Assembly: GCA_044373875.1 (NCBI GenBank)
Contig: JBILPK010000002.1
Span: 65-64,064, forward strand
Direction of reading: 5' to 3'
Source: Polymorphobacter sp.
GTDB taxonomy: Bacteria > Pseudomonadota > Alphaproteobacteria > Sphingomonadales > Sphingomonadaceae
Length of the DNA: 64,000 nt
Part shown: piece by piece, positions 55,497 through 64,000 of the stretch
How the letters are laid out: each line of letters begins with the position of its first letter
How positions within the stretch are numbered: position 1 is the stretch's first letter
Made by a program: the position numbers and the translations under genes
The notes under the pieces: model-generated
What the model was told of the DNA's origin: nothing
The model's database searches: none
What the model saw: only the letters and a program-made list of their open reading frames with translations

Positions 55497-57062
55497 TCAG
55501 GGCGAAACCGGATTTAAATGTGCCCCCAGCCAGCGCGCCGCCTGTGCCGGGGTCTGCTTGTCGGTATCGCGATCGACCTGCCAATTGGCCTCGCGCATCG
55601 CCGTCACCGCGATGGCGCCCTCCAGCCCCTTCAGCCGCGCGGCCAGATCGGGCCGGCGCGGGCCGACAAGCAGCAGCGCGTCATAGGCCGGTAGGGCGCC
55701 GCGCGGATCGGTGAGCAGCACGAGGTCGTCGGCGGCAATGCGGCCGTCGCTCGAAAAGGCGGTGATGACATCGGCCTCGCCGCTGGTCAGCGCGCGCATC
55801 ATCAGCGTCGGGGTAAACGAGGTCAACCGCGCGAAATCAAGGCCATAGGCCGCCTGCAATGACCGCCATTCGGCGCGCGACTGGAATTCGGTATCGGTTG
55901 CCAGCCGCAGGCGCGGCGCGCGCACGGCAAGGTCGGCAAGGCTTTCGATGCCCAGCCGCCGGGCATCGGCGCGGCGCATGACCAGCGCATAGGCGTTTTC
56001 AAAGCCCAGCGACGCCGCCACGACAACCTTGTGCTGCTTCGGCAGATCGGCCCGCAGCCGCGCCAGCATGGTCGCGCGCGGCGCCGGCGCCGTTTCGCCG
56101 AGTGCATTGTCCCACAGCGTGCCCGAATAATCGACGTAAACATCGATATCGCCCGCCGCCAGCGCCCGGAACGCCACCGCCGAGCCCAGACCCGATCGCA
56201 CCACCACCGGCAGCCCTTGCGCGCGCAAGCGGTTGGCGATGAGTTCGGCAAGTATATATTGTTCGGAAAAATTCTTGGCGCCGATGACCACCGGCCGCCC
56301 TGTGGCGGCCGGCGCCTTGCCCTGCCAGTACCAGCCGAGCACGCCCGCCACCAGCGTGACGAGCATCGCCAGCCCGAACAGCGCCTTTTTCCAGCGCCGC
56401 TCCGCCAGCCCGGTTTCGGCGCGCCACAGCGCCATGTCGACGATGATCGCGAGCAGCGCGGCGGCGATGCAGCCGGTGACGACCAGCGCCCAATCCTCGA
56501 TCTGGAGCCCGGCGAAGATGAGATCGCCCAGGCTTTTCTGCCCCACCGTCGTCGCCAGCGTGGCGGCACCGATGGTCCACACCGCCGCCACGCGCAGCCC
56601 GCCCATGACGATCGGCGCCGCCAGCGGCAGTTCGACATGGAACAATCGCTGCCGCCGCGTCATGCCGATGCCATCGGCGGCATCCAATGTTTCGGGCGGC
56701 ACGCTCGCCAGCCCGTCGATGCCGCCACGCACCAGCGGCAGCAACGCATAAAGCGCCAGCGCCAGCAGCGACGGCAACAGCCCCAGCGCGGGTATGCCAA
56801 AGCCCGCCAGCCGCTGCGTCAGTCCGCCGATGAGCAGCAGCAACGGGTAGAAGAGCGCCAGCAGCGCCAGCGACGGGATGGTCTGCACCACCGCTGCCGC
56901 CGCCAGCACCGGCGCGCGCAGCCGCGGTCGCGCCACCATCAGCATGACCAGCGGTACCGCGACGACGATCGCCAGCGCCAGCGCCGCCGCACTGACCCCC
57001 AGATGCGCTGCCAGCCGGTCGGGCAGCATGGCGATGGCGCGGCTCCAGCGGGCGTCCATCAT
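55497..57062 (-). CDS. ABC transporter fused permease / substrate-binding protein (glycine-betaine/choline OpuB/OpuC-like)
   Basis: N-terminal permease with an EAA-type loop (AADGIGMTRRQRLFHVELPLA). After a further TM comes an OpuAC-type binding domain: VVIGAKNFSEQYILAELIANRL...GDIDVYVDYSGTLW. Confidence 0.88.
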   Translation of the reverse strand: MMDARWSRAIAMLPDRLAAHLGVSAAALALAIVVAVPLVMLMVARPRLRAPVLAAAAVVQTIPSLALLALFYPLLLLIGGLTQRLAGFGIPALGLLPSLLALALYALLPLVRGGIDGLASVPPETLDAADGIGMTRRQRLFHVELPLAAPIVMGGLRVAAVWTIGAATLATTVGQKSLGDLIFAGLQIEDWALVVTGCIAAALLAIIVDMALWRAETGLAERRWKKALFGLAMLVTLVAGVLGWYWQGKAPAATGRPVVIGAKNFSEQYILAELIANRLRAQGLPVVVRSGLGSAVAFRALAAGDIDVYVDYSGTLWDNALGETAPAPRATMLARLRADLPKQHKVVVAASLGFENAYALVMRRADARRLGIESLADLAVRAPRLRLATDTEFQSRAEWRSLQAAYGLDFARLTSFTPTLMMRALTSGEADVITAFSSDGRIAADDLVLLTDPRGALPAYDALLLVGPRRPDLAARLKGLEGAIAVTAMREANWQVDRDTDKQTPAQAARWLGAHLNPVSP

Positions 57063-57844
57063 GCCCGGCCCAGTGCCGCCAGCCGCCGCGCCTGGTCGAG
57101 CGGCGAGTCGACAAGCGCGATGACCGCGGGGTGCGTACTGGCCACCAGCGCTGCCGGGCTGCCATCGGCGACGATGCGACCCTTGTCGAGCACCACGACG
57201 CGTTCGGCGCGCAGCAGCGCATCGGCAAGGTCGTGCGTCACCATCACCGTCGTCAGCCCCTGGTCGCGGTGCAGCGCCACCAGCCGGTCGCCCAGGCTGG
57301 CGCGGGTTTCGGGGTCGAGCGCGCCAAAGGGTTCATCGAGCAGCAGCAGCCGCGGCGCCGCCGCCAGCGCCCGCGCCAGCCCGACCCGGCTCGCCTGCCC
57401 TCCCGACAATTGCCGCGGAAAGCGCGTTCCGAAGTCGCGCGGCAGTTCGACGAGATCGAGCAGGGTCGCCACCCGCGCCGCGATGCTGGCGCGGTCGTGG
57501 CGCAGCAGCCACGGCACGGCAGCGATATTTTCCGCCACCGTCCAGTGCGGAAACAGCCCGACCCCCTGGCTGGCATAGCCGATGCCGCGGCGCAATTGCG
57601 CGGGCGGCTGGCCGGACACATCATTGCCGGCGATGCGCACGGCGCCGGCATCGGGCGTGACTAGGGCGTTCGCAAGGCGCAGCAGCGTCGTCTTGCCCGC
57701 CCCCGACGCCCCCGTCAGCGCGACGAAGCTGCCCGCCGGCAGGCTGAGCGTCACATCATCGATGATCATCGTCTCGCCGCGTCGCACCGTCACCCCGGCA
57801 TAGGCGAGCATCGCTTGCGGGTCGGAAGGGTTGGCGGGCGGCAT
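57059..57844 (-). CDS. ABC transporter ATP-binding protein (osmoprotectant-type, no CBS tail)
   Basis: Walker A: GASGAGKTTLLRL. Signature: LSGGQASRVGLARAL. Walker B: LLLLDEPFGALD. H-loop: VTHD. The stop overlaps the permease start (ATGA). Start at ATG 57844; 57811 is an alternative. Confidence 0.88.
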   Translation of the reverse strand: MPPANPSDPQAMLAYAGVTVRRGETMIIDDVTLSLPAGSFVALTGASGAGKTTLLRLANALVTPDAGAVRIAGNDVSGQPPAQLRRGIGYASQGVGLFPHWTVAENIAAVPWLLRHDRASIAARVATLLDLVELPRDFGTRFPRQLSGGQASRVGLARALAAAPRLLLLDEPFGALDPETRASLGDRLVALHRDQGLTTVMVTHDLADALLRAERVVVLDKGRIVADGSPAALVASTHPAVIALVDSPLDQARRLAALGRA

Positions 57845-57948
57845 CGCTGCCGACAGTGGCGTTTCGCCGGTGCGGGGGCAAGCGCGGCGCAGATGACATT
57901 TTTCAGACACTCTGGCCCGTCGCCCCGGTTTCGCGCTAAGCACGCCTT

Positions 57949-59745
57949 GTGCTGAGCAAATCCCCCCCTCCGATCGTCATGTTCCTCGTCGCGCTGGTCG
58001 CCGGTGCCATTGCGGCACTGGGCTTCGAACCCGTGGCGCTGTGGCCGTTGACGCTGGTCGGCGTGACGGTCTTGGTGGCGATGGTCAATACGGCGGCAAC
58101 CCCGCGCCGGGCGGCGCTGCTCGGCTGGGCCTTTGGGATCGGGCATTTCACGGCCGGGCTCGGCTGGATCGCCACGGCGTTCACCTATCAGGCCAAGATG
58201 CCGGCGATACTCGGCTGGGTGACGGTCGTGCTGCTGGCGATGTTCCTGGCGCTCTATGCCGGGCTGGCGGCCTGGCTGGCGCGGCGGTTTGCCAGCGGCG
58301 CGGTGGCGCGGGTGCTGGCGCTGGCGGCGGCGTGGATGCTCGCCGAATGGTTGCGCGGCTGGGTGCTCAGCGGCTTTGCCTGGAACCCGCTCGGGGCGGC
58401 CTGGCTGTCGGCGCCCGGCATCGCGCAAATCGCCGCTACGGGCGGCGCGCTGGCCTTGTCGGGGATCATGGTGCTGGCCGCCGGCGGGCTGTGGCTGATC
58501 GTGCGGCCGGGCAATGTGATGGGGATGCGGCTGGTCGGCGGCGGCATGGTGGCAGCGGTGGTCATCACCGGCCTGGTCGGGGCGGGGTCCGAGAAGAGCT
58601 TTTATTATCCCGATGCGACGAGCCTGTTCATCGTCCAGCCCAATATCGGCCAGGATGTGAAATATGACCCGGCGCGCGAGGATTCCCATGTCGAGACCTA
58701 TCTGGAGCTGACCCGTACCGCGCTTGCCGCAGCGGCCAACAACCCCGATGATGCCTTTGGTCGTTCGGCCGAAGTAGATGCCGCCATCGCCGCGCTGGAA
58801 TTCGACAAGCTGGCCCCCGATGCGTCGGCCACCAGCGCTCCCGGGGTGACGCCACCGCTTGCGAACGCGCCGTCTGCCGATGCGCCACCGGTTCCCGCAT
58901 CAGCCCCGCCTGCCACCCCGCCTGCCGTGGCGACGCCGGCAGCGCCCGATGCTGCCGCTGCTCCGGCAGAAGATGCGGCGGCGGTGGCTCGGCCCGGTGC
59001 GCTGGTGGTCTGGTCCGAATCGGCCGTGCCTTATCTGGTGGAAGAGGATGCTGCCGTCCGCGCCCGCCTCGCCGGCGCGATCGGGCCCAACGACCTGTTG
59101 TTGTTCGGCGGTGTCGCGGCCAACCGCGCGCCCGATGGCAAGCTGCTGTCGCTGACCAACAGCCTGTTCGTGCTCGATGCCAAGGGCAAGATCCGCGGTC
59201 GCTACGACAAGGCGCACCTCGTGCCGCTGGGCGAATATGTGCCGGCGCGGCCGCTGATGACGGCGCTGGGCGTGGCGCGGCTGGCGCCCGGCGATCTCGA
59301 TTTCAAGCCGGGACCGGGGCCGCGCAGCCTCGACCTGCCCGGCTTTGCCCGGGTCGGCGTGCAGATCTGCTACGAAATCATCTTTCCCGGCGCGGTCGTC
59401 GATGCCAACAAACGCCCGGGCTGGATCGTCAATATTTCTAACGATGCCTGGTTCGGCGCGTCGGGCCCGCCGCAGCATCTGGCGCAGGCGCGGCTGCGCG
59501 CCATCGAGGAAGGCCTGCCGATCGTGCGCGCCACCCCCACCGGCATCAGCGCCGTGCTCGATGCCAATGGCCGCATCGTCGCGTCGGAAGCGCCGGGCAA
59601 GGTCGGGGTCATTTCGGTCTCCTTGCCGCCGCCGTTGCCGGAGACCTTCTTTGCCCGCTTCGGGCACCAGACGACATTGGTCTTCGGGCTGCTGCTCGCC
59701 GCGGCGGCGCTGGTGATCGACCGCCGACGACGCATTTTCGCCTGA
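57949..59745 (+). CDS. lnt: Apolipoprotein N-acyltransferase with an Ala/Pro-rich insertion
   Basis: The N-terminal polytopic domain carries ...AEWLRGWVLSGFAWNPLG. The CN-hydrolase domain carries VVWSESA (Glu), KAHLVPLGEY (Lys) and ICYEIIFPG (Cys). GTG start. Confidence 0.9.
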   Translation: MLSKSPPPIVMFLVALVAGAIAALGFEPVALWPLTLVGVTVLVAMVNTAATPRRAALLGWAFGIGHFTAGLGWIATAFTYQAKMPAILGWVTVVLLAMFLALYAGLAAWLARRFASGAVARVLALAAAWMLAEWLRGWVLSGFAWNPLGAAWLSAPGIAQIAATGGALALSGIMVLAAGGLWLIVRPGNVMGMRLVGGGMVAAVVITGLVGAGSEKSFYYPDATSLFIVQPNIGQDVKYDPAREDSHVETYLELTRTALAAAANNPDDAFGRSAEVDAAIAALEFDKLAPDASATSAPGVTPPLANAPSADAPPVPASAPPATPPAVATPAAPDAAAAPAEDAAAVARPGALVVWSESAVPYLVEEDAAVRARLAGAIGPNDLLLFGGVAANRAPDGKLLSLTNSLFVLDAKGKIRGRYDKAHLVPLGEYVPARPLMTALGVARLAPGDLDFKPGPGPRSLDLPGFARVGVQICYEIIFPGAVVDANKRPGWIVNISNDAWFGASGPPQHLAQARLRAIEEGLPIVRATPTGISAVLDANGRIVASEAPGKVGVISVSLPPPLPETFFARFGHQTTLVFGLLLAAAALVIDRRRRIFA

Positions 59746-59750
59746 GCCGG

Positions 59751-59785
59751 GCGTGCCCGCAACGGGCGCCGGCATTAATTTCTAT
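59751..59785 (+). terminator. Hairpin plus A/T-rich tail after lnt
   Basis: ccgggcgtgcccg-caa-cgggcgccgg is an imperfect stem with core gcccg/cgggc. It is followed by cattaatttct. Confidence 0.3.
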
Positions 59786-59873
59786 CATATAAAGCATTCT
59801 TTATACCTCTTGCGCGCGCCGCCGCCGCGCCTTAGACGCGGTGCGATTTCCTTTTGCGGATGGATTGTTCCCG

Positions 59874-61112
59874 ATGGCGCGCTCTTCGTTTCTGTTCACC
59901 AGCGAATCGGTCTCCGAAGGCCACCCCGACAAGGTTGCCGACCAGATTTCGGACGCCATCGTCGATCTGTTCCTCTCGAAGGACCCCCAGGCACGCGTCG
60001 CCTGCGAAACCCTGACGACGACCCAGCTGGTGGTGCTGGCCGGCGAAGTCCGCGGGCACGGCATGATCGATGCCCAAGGCAATTGGGCACCCGGCGCGCA
60101 GGAGGAAATCCAGAAGGTCGTGCGCGAAACGGTCAAGCGCATCGGCTATGAACAGAGCGGCTTCCACTGGCAGAACCTGCAATTCGAAAACCATCTCCAC
60201 CCGCAGTCGGCGCACATCGCCCAGGGTGTCGATGAAAGCGGCAACAAGGACGAAGGCGCCGGCGACCAGGGCATCATGTTCGGCTACGCCACCGATGAAA
60301 CGCCCGATTTCATGCCCGCGACGCTCTATTATTCGCACAAGATCCTCGAAAAGATGGCCGCCGACCGCCACAGCGGCGCAGCCCCGTTCCTCGAACCCGA
60401 TGCCAAGAGCCAGGTGACGCTCGCCTATGAAAACGAAGTGCCGGTGCGCGCCACCGCGCTGGTCGTTTCAACCCAGCATGCGCCGGGCTATTACTGGCAC
60501 AACAACGAAGGCGACCCGGCCAAATACGCCGTTTTGCGCGACTATGTGCTGTCGGTGTTCCATGATGTGCTGCCCAAGGGCTTCATCACCGATGAAACCG
60601 TGATCCACGTCAACCCGACCGGCCGCTTCGAAATCGGCGGGCCCGATGGCGATGCCGGCGTTACCGGCCGCAAGATCATCGTCGACACCTATGGCGGCGC
60701 CTCGCCGCACGGCGGCGGCGCCTTTTCGGGCAAGGATCCGACCAAGGTCGACCGTTCGGCGGCCTATATCACCCGCTATCTCGCCAAGAACATCGTCGCC
60801 GCCGGGCTCGCCCGCCGCTGCACGATCCAGCTGAGCTATGCCATCGGCGTCGCCGAACCCTTGTCGGTCTATGTCGACCTGCACGGCACCGGCACGGTCG
60901 CCGAAAGCGCCATCGAAGCCGCGCTCGCCAGCGAAGCGGCGATCGGCTTCCGCCTGACGCCCAAGGGCATCCGCACCCATCTCGGCCTCAACAAGCCGAT
61001 CTACCAGCGCAGCGCCGCCTATGGCCATTTCGGCCGCCAGCCCGACGCCGATGGCGGCTTTTCGTGGGAAAAGACCGACCTCGTCGCAAAGCTGAAGGCT
61101 GCCGTCGCCTGA
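59874..61112 (+). CDS. metK: S-adenosylmethionine synthetase
   Basis: [31 protein letters not shown]...[12 protein letters not shown]...[19 protein letters not shown]. Start set at ATG 59874; the tracked ORF starts at GTG 59841. Confidence 0.97.
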   Translation: MARSSFLFTSESVSEGHPDKVADQISDAIVDLFLSKDPQARVACETLTTTQLVVLAGEVRGHGMIDAQGNWAPGAQEEIQKVVRETVKRIGYEQSGFHWQNLQFENHLHPQSAHIAQGVDESGNKDEGAGDQGIMFGYATDETPDFMPATLYYSHKILEKMAADRHSGAAPFLEPDAKSQVTLAYENEVPVRATALVVSTQHAPGYYWHNNEGDPAKYAVLRDYVLSVFHDVLPKGFITDETVIHVNPTGRFEIGGPDGDAGVTGRKIIVDTYGGASPHGGGAFSGKDPTKVDRSAAYITRYLAKNIVAAGLARRCTIQLSYAIGVAEPLSVYVDLHGTGTVAESAIEAALASEAAIGFRLTPKGIRTHLGLNKPIYQRSAAYGHFGRQPDADGGFSWEKTDLVAKLKAAVA

Positions 61113-61186
61113 GATTGCTCGGCGCTGATGTAAAAAACTGTCCGTCATCGCCGCCTGCGCGGGGGTGACGGGTCGATTCGGGCCGA

Positions 61187-62656
61187 TCAGCGATAAACCA
61201 GCGCCGAATCACCGAGGTCGATCGTCGGGAACACCGTCCGTTCGGTCCAATAGTCCTGGCTGTGGCGCCATTCGGGCTTCGACCCGGCGCGCGGCAGCAG
61301 GTGCATGCCGCGTTGCAGATAGCCGCTGTTCATGTTGTCGGGATCGATCCACGGCCCCAACGCCATCTCGGCGTCTTCGGGCCGCAGCGCCGGCACCACC
61401 GATGTGACGCCGCTGGCTTCCATGTGCGCCAGCAGCCGGCAGACGAAATCGGCAACCAGATCGGCGCGCAGCGTCCAACTGGCGCGGAAATAGCCGAACA
61501 CCCAGACCATGTTGGGCACGCCGGTGAACATCATGCCGCGCCACGTCACCGTCTGGCCGAAATCGAGCGGCTTGCCATCGATGCTGAAGGCGATGTCGCC
61601 GAGCGGGCTGAGGTTGAAGCCCGTCGCCGCGACGATCAGATCGGCTTCGAGCGTCTCGCCCGATTTGAGTCTTATGCCTTCCGGCGTGAAGCGCTCGATC
61701 TCGCCGGTGGCAACGCTGGCCTGGCCGGCGCAGATGCCGGCGAACAGATCGCCATCGGGCACGAACGCCAGCCGTTGCCGCCACGGCCGGTAGTTCGGGG
61801 TGAAATGGCGCATGTCATAGCCTTCAGGCAGCAGCGCGCGCACCCCTTCGATCAGCTCGGCGGCGACCAGATCGGGCTCTTCATGGCTGCGCCGGGTGAT
61901 CTCGGCCTGGGCAAAATTGCGCTCGCGCCGGGCGATATCGTGGATGATCGCATCATCGACCTCGAGCAGTCGCAGCTTGTCGACCAGTTCATTGGCGTTG
62001 AGCCCCGGCATGAAATAGGTCGGCGAGCGTTGCAGCATGGTGACATGCGCCGCGGTGCTCGCCATCGCCGGCACGATCGTCGCCGCGGTCGCGCCCGAGC
62101 CGATGACGACGACGCGCTTGCCGGTATAGTCGAGCCCTTCGGGCCATTCCTCGCTATGGACGATCTGCCCCTTGAAATCGGCCATGCCCGGCCATTCGGG
62201 CATGTACCCCTGGCGGTGGCGGTAATAGCCCTGGCACATCCACAGGAAACCAGCGGTGAAGTGCTGCGCCTCGCCGGTATCGGTGCGCACCGCGGTGATC
62301 GTCCAGCGCTGCGCTTCGCTCGACCATTCGGCATTGGTGATGCGGTGGCCGTAGCGGATGTGGCGGCCAAGGTCATTTTCGTCGATGACCTCGCCGAGAT
62401 ACGACTGGATTTCGGCCGCCGTCGCGATCGGCGGACCGACCCAGGGCTTGAAGCGATAGCCGAAGGTATAGAGATCGCTGTCCGACCGGATGCCGGGGAA
62501 GGTGTGCGTCAACCAGGTGCCGCCATAGCTGCCTTCGGCTTCGAGCACGACAAAGCGAGTGCCCGGGCGCTGGTGTTGCAGATGCCAGGCACCGCCGATC
62601 CCGGAAATGCCGGCGCCGACGATCAGCACGTCGAAATGCTCGCTGGCGCTTGTCAT
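61187..62656 (-). CDS. FAD-dependent flavin-containing / Baeyer-Villiger-type monooxygenase
   Basis: FAD site: FDVLIVGAGISGIGGAWHL. FxGxxxHxxxW-like: FKGQIVHSEEWP. NADPH site: KRVVVIGSGATA. EthA-like length (489 aa). Confidence 0.88.
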   Translation of the reverse strand: MTSASEHFDVLIVGAGISGIGGAWHLQHQRPGTRFVVLEAEGSYGGTWLTHTFPGIRSDSDLYTFGYRFKPWVGPPIATAAEIQSYLGEVIDENDLGRHIRYGHRITNAEWSSEAQRWTITAVRTDTGEAQHFTAGFLWMCQGYYRHRQGYMPEWPGMADFKGQIVHSEEWPEGLDYTGKRVVVIGSGATAATIVPAMASTAAHVTMLQRSPTYFMPGLNANELVDKLRLLEVDDAIIHDIARRERNFAQAEITRRSHEEPDLVAAELIEGVRALLPEGYDMRHFTPNYRPWRQRLAFVPDGDLFAGICAGQASVATGEIERFTPEGIRLKSGETLEADLIVAATGFNLSPLGDIAFSIDGKPLDFGQTVTWRGMMFTGVPNMVWVFGYFRASWTLRADLVADFVCRLLAHMEASGVTSVVPALRPEDAEMALGPWIDPDNMNSGYLQRGMHLLPRAGSKPEWRHSQDYWTERTVFPTIDLGDSALVYR

Positions 62657-62774
62657 GACACGTCACTCCCCATCATCTTGTCGAAATTCTGGCACGCTCT
62701 GGCGGCATGTCGTTGATCGACATCAAACGCGTGGCGCTTTCCAAATGCAAGCGGCTGCGGCATGGGCAGTGGCA

Positions 62775-63461
62775 ATGACGCCCGATCCCGCCTCCATCCG
62801 CCGCCTCTACGGACGCCGCACCGGCCACAAGCTGCGCATCGGCCAGGCCGCATTGGTCGAAGAGCTGTTGCCCCGGCTCGCCGTGCCCGAAACCGGCCCG
62901 CTCAGCGCTGCCGGCCTGTTCGGCGACGACCGGCCGCTCTGGCTCGAAATCGGCTTTGGCCGCGGCGAGCACATGGCGGCGCAGGCAGCATCTAACCCCG
63001 ATGTCGGCATCATCGGCGCCGAACCCTTCATCGATGGCGTTGTCGGCGCGCTGCTCGAAGTGCGCGACCGTGGCCTTTCCAACATCCGCCTCCACAATGG
63101 CGATGCCCTCGATGTGCTCGACCGGCTGCCCGATGCCAGCCTCGACCGGGTGTTCCTGCTCCACCCCGACCCCTGGCCCAAGGCGCGCCACGCCAAGCGC
63201 CGCTTCGCCAACCCGGGGCCGCTGGCGATCGTCGCGCGCGTGCTCAAGCCCGGCGGGGAGTTCCGGCTCGGCACCGACCATCCGGTCTACTGCCGCTGGG
63301 CCATGCTCCAGATGGCGGCCTCGCCCGATTTCGACTGGCTGGCCGAAACCCCCGAAGATTTCCAGGTCCGCCCCGATGACTGGCCGCAGACCCGCTACGA
63401 AGCCAAGGCACGGCGGCTCGGCCATGAAGTCTGGTATTTCCGCTATCGGCGGTGCGGCTGA
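62775..63461 (+). CDS. trmB: tRNA (guanine-N7)-methyltransferase
   Basis: LEIGFGRGEHMAAQA..NPDVGIIGAEPF...LRLHNGDA...VFLLHPDPWPKARHAKRR...LKPGGEFRLGTD. Start at ATG 62775 (alternative 62745). Confidence 0.9.
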   Translation: MTPDPASIRRLYGRRTGHKLRIGQAALVEELLPRLAVPETGPLSAAGLFGDDRPLWLEIGFGRGEHMAAQAASNPDVGIIGAEPFIDGVVGALLEVRDRGLSNIRLHNGDALDVLDRLPDASLDRVFLLHPDPWPKARHAKRRFANPGPLAIVARVLKPGGEFRLGTDHPVYCRWAMLQMAASPDFDWLAETPEDFQVRPDDWPQTRYEAKARRLGHEVWYFRYRRCG

Positions 63462-64000
63462 TGGCGCGGCTGCTCGCCTGCTGGGAACTCGGTCTCGGCA
63501 ATGGCCATATCAACCATCTGGCCTCGGCAGCGCGCGGGCTGGCGGCATTGGGGCATGAAAGTTGGCTGGTCACAAGGGATGTGGTCACGGCGCGCGTTCT
63601 TGGCGATCGCCCCTTTGCCGGTGTCCTGCAGGCGCCGCTGTGGACCCGGTCGCTGGTCACGACAATGACGTACAGCTATGGGCAGGTCATCGCCGACGGC
63701 GGTTTCGCCGATGACGACGGGCTTGCCGAATTGGTGCGTGCCTGGCTGACCTTGTTCGACCTTCTCAAGCCCGACGGACTTTATGTCGAGCACGCTCCGG
63801 CAGCGCTGCTGGCAGCGCATGTCGCCCGGCTTCCCGCCGCAACGGTCGGAACCCCCTTCACCTGTCCGCGGATCGAGCGACCGATGCCCGAGCTGGTGCC
63901 CTGGCTGCCCGAAAGCCGCGCCCGGCGCGCCGGTGCCGATGCCGTGCCCGACCGGGTGATCCGCAGCGTTTGCCGCACTTTCGGGGTGCCGGTGCTCGGC
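63461..64000 (+). CDS. N-terminal part of a GT1/GT28-like (UDP-glycosyltransferase/MGT-type) glycosyltransferase; the 3' end lies outside the window
   Basis: The ATG overlaps the trmB stop (TGATG) and the frame stays open to the window end, so the ORF track does not list it. MARLLACWELGLGNGHINHLASAARGLAALGHESWLVTRD... is typical of the GxGxGH N-terminus of this fold. Confidence 0.6.
   Translation, partial: MARLLACWELGLGNGHINHLASAARGLAALGHESWLVTRDVVTARVLGDRPFAGVLQAPLWTRSLVTTMTYSYGQVIADGGFADDDGLAELVRAWLTLFDLLKPDGLYVEHAPAALLAAHVARLPAATVGTPFTCPRIERPMPELVPWLPESRARRAGADAVPDRVIRSVCRTFGVPVLG

Overview
High-GC (about two-thirds G+C by eye) alphaproteobacterial chromosome segment, Sphingomonadaceae-like in gene content (PEPxxWA-type C-terminal sorting signal, plsY-dprA-topA, ccmAB and ribD-ribE-ribBX-ribH synteny). 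I support about 58 protein-coding genes. I found no rRNA, tRNA, CRISPR array, transposase, integrase or prophage signature. Most genes are housekeeping: rpsU, feoAB, gluQ, topA, plsY, nadE, gltX, the rib operon, trhO, lnt, metK and trmB. These are interleaved with secreted hydrolases and membrane transport genes. The ORF track also lists many long Arg/Ala/Gly/Pro-rich ORFs antisense to real genes. I treat these as GC-driven artefacts. The ORF track counts GTG and TTG as starts, so I re-picked several starts. Items most worth a second look: (1) a 2307-aa signal-peptide-less RTX protein that fuses a lamin-tail domain, three Calx-beta domains, an ExeM/NucH-type EEP nuclease, a duplicated unknown module and a choice-of-anchor-I beta-propeller; (2) a six-gene, translationally coupled, all-membrane operon (MarC, AI-2E, NodT outer membrane factor, HlyD adaptor, DUF2955/FUSC-like protein, minimal TxGYGD K+ channel) with no canonical pump; (3) a RibB-X protein with an extra N-terminal XRE-like HTH, sitting behind two copies of a TCACAT-CGCA-ATGTGA palindrome, in a rib operon with no FMN riboswitch; (4) a protein with two LuxR-type HTH units fused to an alpha/beta-hydrolase fold whose nucleophile elbow looks degenerate; (5) a PEPxxWA-CTERM protein, a membrane-embedded two-component system and an untracked 59-aa mini PEP-CTERM-like ORF; (6) a frameshifted dprA; (7) a roughly 140-bp composite palindromic element upstream of ribD. 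All functional calls come from reading motifs by eye. No database search was run.
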